DNA of 42,125 nucleotides, from contig JAEUTR010000154.1 of NCBI GenBank assembly GCA_016787365.1, positions 1 through 42,125 on the forward strand. The letters run 5' to 3'. Made by a program: the position numbers and the translations under genes. The stretch is from Bacteroidia bacterium. GTDB lineage: Bacteria > Bacteroidota > Bacteroidia > B-17B0 > Aurantibacillaceae. Each line of letters begins with the position of its first letter. Positions within the stretch are counted from its first letter, which is position 1. Under the pieces are notes generated by a model. It was not told where the DNA came from and did not search any database. It saw only the letters and a program-made list of their open reading frames with translations. This document shows, piece by piece, positions 36,633 through 42,125 of this stretch.

Positions 36633-36706
36633 GTCACACTGGGCGTCGTCGCGCGAGTTTTAATAGTTTCTATTTAGTCTAGTTCTCGACTACACTCGAA
36701 CTGACA
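36633..36706. repeat. Composite GC-rich intergenic element: degenerate left arm plus a GTTCTCGACTACACTCGAACTGACA right arm
   Basis: 36682..36706 matches 32601..32625 at 24 of 25 positions. The left part, GTCACACTGGGCGTCGTCGCGCGAG, resembles a decayed partner arm. The element starts 6 nt after the E1 stop. Confidence 0.6.
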
Positions 36707-36712
36707 AATATT

Positions 36713-36746
36713 AAAAAAGGCTTTACAATTTGTAAAGCCTTTTTTT
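36713..36746. terminator. Bidirectional rho-independent terminator
   Basis: The sequence is AAAAAA-GGCTTTACA-att-TGTAAAGCC-TTTTTTT, a 9-bp perfect stem flanked by an A-run and a T-run. It lies between convergent genes. Confidence 0.75.
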
Positions 36747-36762
36747 GTTCCATAATAGTTTT

Positions 36763-37176
36763 TTATTTTACTTTCACCCAAAAGGTTGTTCTTCCAAGCA
36801 TCGATACGCCAATGTATCCTCTAACATTTAAATTTCCTTTTTCGTCACGGGTAATTTTACAGCTGTATGTTTTTCCATTTTTAGGATCGTAAATTGTTCC
36901 ATTATGCCACAAATCTTTTCCATCAAATGTAAAGTCTTTTAAAATCTCTTTTCCAGCCAGTTTTTCTGTCTTTTGTTTGTCGTCTGGATTATTAGCATCT
37001 AATTTACCAGGAGTTTTTGTCCATATTAATTTGCCAAAATATTTATTATCTCTTTTTGTAATTTCTACCATGCCTTCATTTTTATCAGTCATGTAGGTTC
37101 CAATAAGTACGTCACCACCTTGAGCAAAAATCGAAATGGAAAAGAATAACAGAATAATTGTGATTATATTTTTCAT
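36763..37176 (-). CDS. DUF2147 domain-containing secreted protein
   Basis: A signal peptide is present, along with 'GTYMTDKNEGMVEITKRDNKYFGKLIW', 'IYDPKNGKTYSCKIT' and 'LNVRGYIGVSMLGRTTFW'. Confidence 0.7.
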   Translation of the reverse strand: MKNIITIILLFFSISIFAQGGDVLIGTYMTDKNEGMVEITKRDNKYFGKLIWTKTPGKLDANNPDDKQKTEKLAGKEILKDFTFDGKDLWHNGTIYDPKNGKTYSCKITRDEKGNLNVRGYIGVSMLGRTTFWVKVK

Positions 37177-37188
37177 GATTTTTTATTT

Positions 37189-37196
37189 CAAATATA
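37189..37196 (-). promoter_or_regulatory. Candidate -7 promoter box (TATATTTG on the minus strand)
   Basis: The plus strand reads CAAATATA, 13 nt upstream of the minus-strand ATG at 37176. Confidence 0.3.
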
Positions 37197-37275
37197 TAAG
37201 TTTTTCTCAATAAAACAATTCATGTATCAAAATGTTCTGTTGGTAATAAATCCCTATTTTTAGAAAAAAATCACT

Positions 37276-39153
37276 ATGCGTTATATAAGTATCATCTGTT
37301 TAATTTTTACTCAGTTATTTACAAATGCTCAAACGATTAATGAGCAATGGGTGAAAGCTAATTACACTAAAAAAGAATATACCGTTGCCATGCGCGATGG
37401 AGTAAAATTATTTACTACAGTTTATGCTCCAAAAAACAATTCCGAAAAACATCCTTTTTTGATGACTAGAACACCATATTCTTGTGCGCCATATGGTGAA
37501 GATAAATATCAGCCCCGTTTATGGAATTTTCATTGGAGAGAATATTTGAAAGAAGGGTATATTATTGTGATACAAGATGTGCGCGGACGATGGATGAGTG
37601 AAGGAACATTTATGGATGTGCGCCCATTTAATCCCAATAAAAAAACTAAAAAAGATATTGATGAAGCAAGCGATACTTATGATGCTATTGATTGGCTAGT
37701 GAAAAATATTCCAAATAATAATGGTAATGTTGGTGTATTTGGAACTTCATATCCAGGTTTCTATTCTACAATGGCTGCTTTAAGCGGACATCCGGCAATA
37801 AAAGCAGTGAGTCCTCAAGCGCCAGTAACCGAGTGGTTCAAGGGAGATGATTTTCATCATAATGGGGCATTTATGTTATGCGATGCATTTAATTTTTATT
37901 CGAGCTTTGGTCAACCTCGTCCTAAGCCCACAACTATTGGACCTAAAGAATTTAAACATTATACCAATGATATTTACAAATACTATTTAGAAGTGGGGGC
38001 ATTAAAAAACTTCAGTAAATTAATGGGAGATAGTATTTTATTTTGGAATGATTTAATGAATCACCCAAATTATGATGATTGGTGGAAAGCACGTGACGCA
38101 CGCGTTGGATGCAAAAATGTGAAACCTGCTATGTTAATAGTAGGTGGATTATTTGATGCAGAGGATTGTTATGGTGCTTGGAGATTATACGAAGCTATTG
38201 AAAAACAAAGTCAAACAACCAATAATAAAATTGTAATGGGGCCTTGGTTTCATGGTGGTTGGAGCAAAAGTGATGGAAGTTATTTAGGGAATGTTCGTTT
38301 TGGGAGTAAGACTTCTGAATACTTTCAAAATAATATTGAAATACCTTTTTTTAATTACCATTTAAAAGGGAAAGGCAATATTGATAAATTAACAGAAGCT
38401 TCTGTTTTTTTTACCGGAGAAAATACATGGAGAAGTCTTGCTTCTTGGCCTCCAAAAGAAATGACGCCAATGCCAATTTATTTTAATGATAATGGATTGT
38501 TATCGTTTAATAAATCTAATGCACAAAACAGTTCAACCAATTATGTGAGCGATCCCTCAAAACCGGTTCCATTTACGGAAGATATATTGGAAGGTCGTTC
38601 AAGAGAATATATGACGGATGACCAACGTTTTGCTAGTAGAAGAACAGACGTGATTACATTTAAGACAGGTGTTTTAGAAAATGATTTAACTTTGGCTGGA
38701 ACAGTGATTGCTGATTTGAAAGTTGCTATTTCTACCACTGATGCTGATTTTGTTGTGAAAGTGATTGATGTGTTTCCTGATGGATTTGTGTACGATACTT
38801 TAGTTTATGGTAAAGGAAACGATAATGATTATTTAATGGATGGTTACGAGATGTTAGTACGTGGCGAAATTATGCGAGGCCGTTATAGAAATAGTTTTGA
38901 AAAACCTGAAGCTTTTGAACCTAATAAAGTAACCGCTGTAAAATTTGAATTGCCAGATGTGGCACATACGTTCAAAAAGGGACATCGTTTAATGATTCAA
39001 GTGCAAAGTTCTTGGTTTCCTTTGACTGATAGAAATCCTCAGCAGTTCGTAGATATTTATCATTGTGAGGATAAAGACTTTATCAAATCAGAGATTAAAT
39101 TATTTCATGATGCGACGAATGCATCGAGTATTATTTTACCGGTGATGAAGTAA
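37276..39153 (+). CDS. CocE/NonD-family serine hydrolase (peptidase S15, Xaa-Pro dipeptidyl-peptidase-like), secreted
   Basis: A signal peptide is present. The N-terminus is 'MRDGVKLFTTVYAP' and the nucleophile region is 'VGVFGTSYPGFY'. The protein is ~620 aa with a C-terminal beta-sandwich region. Confidence 0.8.
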   Translation: MRYISIICLIFTQLFTNAQTINEQWVKANYTKKEYTVAMRDGVKLFTTVYAPKNNSEKHPFLMTRTPYSCAPYGEDKYQPRLWNFHWREYLKEGYIIVIQDVRGRWMSEGTFMDVRPFNPNKKTKKDIDEASDTYDAIDWLVKNIPNNNGNVGVFGTSYPGFYSTMAALSGHPAIKAVSPQAPVTEWFKGDDFHHNGAFMLCDAFNFYSSFGQPRPKPTTIGPKEFKHYTNDIYKYYLEVGALKNFSKLMGDSILFWNDLMNHPNYDDWWKARDARVGCKNVKPAMLIVGGLFDAEDCYGAWRLYEAIEKQSQTTNNKIVMGPWFHGGWSKSDGSYLGNVRFGSKTSEYFQNNIEIPFFNYHLKGKGNIDKLTEASVFFTGENTWRSLASWPPKEMTPMPIYFNDNGLLSFNKSNAQNSSTNYVSDPSKPVPFTEDILEGRSREYMTDDQRFASRRTDVITFKTGVLENDLTLAGTVIADLKVAISTTDADFVVKVIDVFPDGFVYDTLVYGKGNDNDYLMDGYEMLVRGEIMRGRYRNSFEKPEAFEPNKVTAVKFELPDVAHTFKKGHRLMIQVQSSWFPLTDRNPQQFVDIYHCEDKDFIKSEIKLFHDATNASSIILPVMK

Positions 39154-39165
39154 ATTAATAGTAAT

Positions 39166-39194
39166 AAAAAAGCCCCGGTATTAAGGGGGCTTTT
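39166..39194. terminator. Bidirectional rho-independent terminator
   Basis: The sequence is AAAAAA-GCCCC-ggtattaag-GGGGC-TTTT. It lies between the convergent S15 peptidase and hemL genes. Confidence 0.6.
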
Positions 39195-39212
39195 AAATTC
39201 TAACAATGTAAA

Positions 39213-40490
39213 CTAGAGTTTCTCAAAAGCAATTTCAAATGCCTTAATTGTTTTATCAATATCTTCTTGTGTATGTGCTTCGCTCATAAAGCCTACTTCA
39301 TAACCGGAAGGGCCAGAATAAATATTGTTATCCAATAAAGCGTGGTATAATACTTTAAAATGCTTCATGCTATCCGCATCGATGTCTTCTGCACATCTAA
39401 TGGCTTTTTTATCTGTAAAAGCTAACCAAAAAATAGAGCCAATACTAAACACAGTAAAATTATGTTTAGTATTCTTTTTTAATCCGGCAATTAAGGTTTG
39501 TGTTTTTGCTTCTAAGTCTTTATAAAAATTAGGCTTTAAACATTCTGTTAATTGTGCAATACCTGCTGTCATTGCTACCGGATTTCCACTTAAAGTACCA
39601 GCTTGATATACATTGCCTTCAGGAGAAATAGAAGACATAATTTCTTTACTTGCTCCATATGCACCAACCGGAAAACCGCCGCCAATAATTTTACCATAAG
39701 TAATAATATCCGGTTTAATATCATAGTAACCAGCCGCTCCACAAAAACCAACTCTAAAGCCACTAATTACTTCATCAAATAATAACAAGGTTTTATTATC
39801 CGTACAGATATCTCTTAAAAATTGTAAGTATTCTTTTTCTTGTAATAATAAACCATTGTTTGCGGGAATTGGTTCTATAATCACACAGGCTATTTCATCT
39901 TTAAATTGTTTAAATGCTTGTTCAACAGCTTCTTTGCTGTTTAATGGAACAACAATCGTTTCTCTTACAAAACTTTCTGGTACGCCAGCAGATGAAGTTT
40001 CTCCAAAGGTTACTAAGCCCGAACCGGCTTTTACTAATAATGAATCGGAATGGCCGTGATAACAACCTTCAAATTTTAAAATTTTGTTTCTTCCGGTAAA
40101 TCCTCTCGCTAAACGAATAGCACTCATCACAGCTTCTGTTCCGCTACTTACAAAACGAATTTTTTCAATATAATGATTGTTAGTTAAAATTAATTCTGCT
40201 AGTTCATTTTCTAAACGAGTGGGAGCGCCAAAAGATGTTCCATTACGCATCGTTTTTTCTACGGCGTTTAAAACGTTATCATTGGCATGCCCTAAAATTA
40301 ATGGACCCCAACTAGCACAGTAATCAATATATTCATTTCCATCAGCATCCCAAACATGCGACCCTTTCCCTTTATCAATAAATATGGGAGTTCCACCAAC
40401 ACTTCTAAACGCACGAACGGGAGAGTTTACACCACCTGGAAAAAAAGCTTTTGCTTTTTCAAATAATTGAGCTGATACCTGATTATTCAT
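39213..40490 (-). CDS. hemL: Glutamate-1-semialdehyde 2,1-aminomutase
   Basis: The N-terminal hallmark 'GGVNSPVRAF' is present. So are 'SGTEA', 'DEVISGFR', and the PLP-lysine region 'YGKIIGGGFPVGAYG'. Confidence 0.95.
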   Translation of the reverse strand: MNNQVSAQLFEKAKAFFPGGVNSPVRAFRSVGGTPIFIDKGKGSHVWDADGNEYIDYCASWGPLILGHANDNVLNAVEKTMRNGTSFGAPTRLENELAELILTNNHYIEKIRFVSSGTEAVMSAIRLARGFTGRNKILKFEGCYHGHSDSLLVKAGSGLVTFGETSSAGVPESFVRETIVVPLNSKEAVEQAFKQFKDEIACVIIEPIPANNGLLLQEKEYLQFLRDICTDNKTLLLFDEVISGFRVGFCGAAGYYDIKPDIITYGKIIGGGFPVGAYGASKEIMSSISPEGNVYQAGTLSGNPVAMTAGIAQLTECLKPNFYKDLEAKTQTLIAGLKKNTKHNFTVFSIGSIFWLAFTDKKAIRCAEDIDADSMKHFKVLYHALLDNNIYSGPSGYEVGFMSEAHTQEDIDKTIKAFEIAFEKL

Positions 40491-40507
40491 ATTGAAAATT
40501 TTTGCGC

Positions 40508-40515
40508 CAAAGATA
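40508..40515 (-). promoter_or_regulatory. Candidate -7 promoter box (TATCTTTG on the minus strand) for hemL
   Basis: The plus strand reads CAAAGATA, 18 nt upstream of the minus-strand ATG at 40490. Confidence 0.35.
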
Positions 40516-40554
40516 AAGGTTTGAAGGATATATTTAAATTTCTTTCCAATAAAA

Positions 40555-40579
40555 AAGGCTATCTCTTAGAGATAGCCTT
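40555..40579 (-). terminator. Rho-independent terminator after the T9SS cargo gene
   Basis: AAGGCTATCTC-tta-GAGATAGCCTT forms an 11-bp perfect stem. An A-run on the plus strand (a T-run on the minus strand) follows in the direction of transcription. Confidence 0.7.
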
Positions 40580-40600
40580 TTTAAATAAAATCTGAATTAA

Positions 40601-42125
40601 TTATTGTTTAACGATTTTACCAATTTTAACGATTTGGTTGTTATTGATAACTTTGAATACATAAATACCATCTGTTAATTTAGTAGTATTTATTGTAGTT
40701 GTTTCAGTTGATAATGTTTCTTTGATTACTAATTTACCAATTGCATCATACACTTCAATAGAAGTATTATCTGCTAACTCAGAAGGTATAGAGATATTTA
40801 AGATGCCATTTGTTGGATTAGGATAAATAGAGATACCATTTATACTAGTAGCATTATTTATTCCGGTACAAATAGTAGCATCAACAAAAACAGTAGTTGA
40901 CGCATCACAGGTTCCATCGTTTACAGTTAAAGTATAAGTTGTGCCAACTGTTGGAGTTACCGTAGTACTCGCAGTATTAGCACCATTTGACCATGTGTAA
41001 GATGTAACACTTGTAACAGCAGTTAAAACAGCACTTTCATTAAAGTTAGAGCATACTAATGTACTTGATGTTGTTGCAGACACAGAAGGTAGTGTATTAA
41101 CTCCAATTCCTACAGTTGCAGTATTTGAACAACCTGATGATTCACCTGTTACTGTATAAACTGATGCAGACATAGGATTAACTACTTGTGTTGCGGTATT
41201 TCCACCAGCTGTCCAACTGTAATTGGTTGCACCACCGGCTGTTAATGTAGCTGAAGAACCGGCACAAACAGATGCACTGGATGCAGTTGCTGTTACAGTT
41301 GGTATTGGAGATACACTAAAATTAACTACTGTAGAATTTGTACATGTTGTTGCAGGATCTAATGCCGTAACTGTATAAGATTCAACATTGGTTGTACTTC
41401 CATTATTTATTGGAGTTACAGATGTAGTGTTGCTTGAAACAGCACCAGGATTCCATTCCCAAGTTACTGTACCTGCTCCCGGAGTTGATTTTTGACCTGC
41501 TAAAATTAATAATGGACGTAAACTTATCGCAGATGCTGCTGTAGTTTGTCCACACATGGTAGAAGCGGTTTCATCATCTCCACGGTAGTAAGATGTAGAA
41601 GGAAAAGATGTAGTGTTATATTTAATTTCAGCAGCAGACCCACCGCCATTATTATTACTCCAACATACCTGAACAACAATATTTGATGTTCCATCCCAGT
41701 TAAATGGAGAAGCAAATGTATAAGTATTTAATCCGACTGTAGGTGTAACATTAGCAGGACCATATGATGTTAAAACAGAGCCATTAAAAGTTGTATTTGC
41801 AACACTTTGTGAAGTAGCTGCCATACTAATTGCAAAGTCGGTATAAGTTGTACCTGAAGTTGTAACACTGTATGATAACGATGTCATGTTTCCTGCTGAT
41901 AAACCAGCACTTTGTAACTCTGATGCTCTAATAATATACTGGGCTTTGTATCCACCAAAATAATGACTAAACGGACTTGCATAACTTCCTCCTGCAGCTC
42001 CACTTCCGGAACTGGTTAAATTACCTGATCCTATATTTACGCTTCCTAGTGCAATAATAGTTGTATTAGCGGTTAAACTAACAGTACTACCTGAACAAAG
42101 AGCAGACGGTGTTGCGCTTGCAATA
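40601..42125 (-). CDS. T9SS-secreted surface protein with tandem Ig-like (Cys-containing) domains and a type-A C-terminal sorting domain; 5' end runs off the window
   Basis: I checked triplet by triplet: there is no in-frame stop between the listed ATG at 41887 and nt 42125. Two ~70-aa repeats are present ('VCAGSSATLTAGGATNYSWTAGGN...YTVTGESSGC' and 'VCSNFNESAVLTAVTSVTSYTWSNGAN...YTLTVNDGTC'). The C-terminus is 'ISIYPNPTNGILNI...VYDAIGKLV...GIYVFKVINNNQIVKIGKIVKQ'. Confidence 0.8.
   Translation of the reverse strand, partial: IASATPSALCSGSTVSLTANTTIIALGSVNIGSGNLTSSGSGAAGGSYASPFSHYFGGYKAQYIIRASELQSAGLSAGNMTSLSYSVTTSGTTYTDFAISMAATSQSVANTTFNGSVLTSYGPANVTPTVGLNTYTFASPFNWDGTSNIVVQVCWSNNNGGGSAAEIKYNTTSFPSTSYYRGDDETASTMCGQTTAASAISLRPLLILAGQKSTPGAGTVTWEWNPGAVSSNTTSVTPINNGSTTNVESYTVTALDPATTCTNSTVVNFSVSPIPTVTATASSASVCAGSSATLTAGGATNYSWTAGGNTATQVVNPMSASVYTVTGESSGCSNTATVGIGVNTLPSVSATTSSTLVCSNFNESAVLTAVTSVTSYTWSNGANTASTTVTPTVGTTYTLTVNDGTCDASTTVFVDATICTGINNATSINGISIYPNPTNGILNISIPSELADNTSIEVYDAIGKLVIKETLSTETTTINTTKLTDGIYVFKVINNNQIVKIGKIVKQ

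Overview
This is a visibly AT-rich Bacteroidota (Flavobacteriia-like) chromosomal segment that carries gliding-motility and type IX secretion (T9SS) genes. It is densely coding: I call 33 protein genes, two of them truncated by the window edges. I saw no rRNA, tRNA or CRISPR array by eye. Most genes are housekeeping: metG, tyrS, hemL, psd, kdsC, a System I cytochrome c maturation cluster (ccmB-C-D-E-F), a fused 2-oxoacid dehydrogenase E1, a PLP trans-sulfuration enzyme, an SDR, a glutathione peroxidase, a NUDIX hydrolase, an LD-carboxypeptidase and an S15 peptidase. Interspersed is cell-surface and T9SS biology: gldH overlapping a PSP1 gene, three T9SS cargo genes, and a 10.25-kb gene (13635..23885). 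That gene encodes a 3,416-aa adhesin built from 38 four-cysteine SprB-type modules and ending in a type-B (gliding-motility) C-terminal sorting domain. Its PorP/SprF-family partner gene starts 2 nt downstream. Observations most worth a second look: (1) an exact, gapless 1,815-nt (605-codon, 8-module) tandem super-repeat inside the giant adhesin gene. (2) A NUMOD4/HNH homing-endonuclease-like protein with an HTH and a histone-H1-like K/A-rich tail, whose stop overlaps the ldcA start. (3) A variant System I Ccm cluster whose CcmE has Cys (CPSKY) where the heme-binding His normally sits, with no ccmA/G/H nearby. (4) A di-heme cytochrome c plus PepSY membrane protein pair downstream of gldH. (5) Several families of GC-rich or palindromic intergenic repeat elements, including a ~145-nt MITE-like element with 20-nt inverted termini whose terminal 14-mer recurs on the other side of an alpha/beta-hydrolase gene. 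All functional calls come from motif recognition in the supplied translations. No database searches were run.
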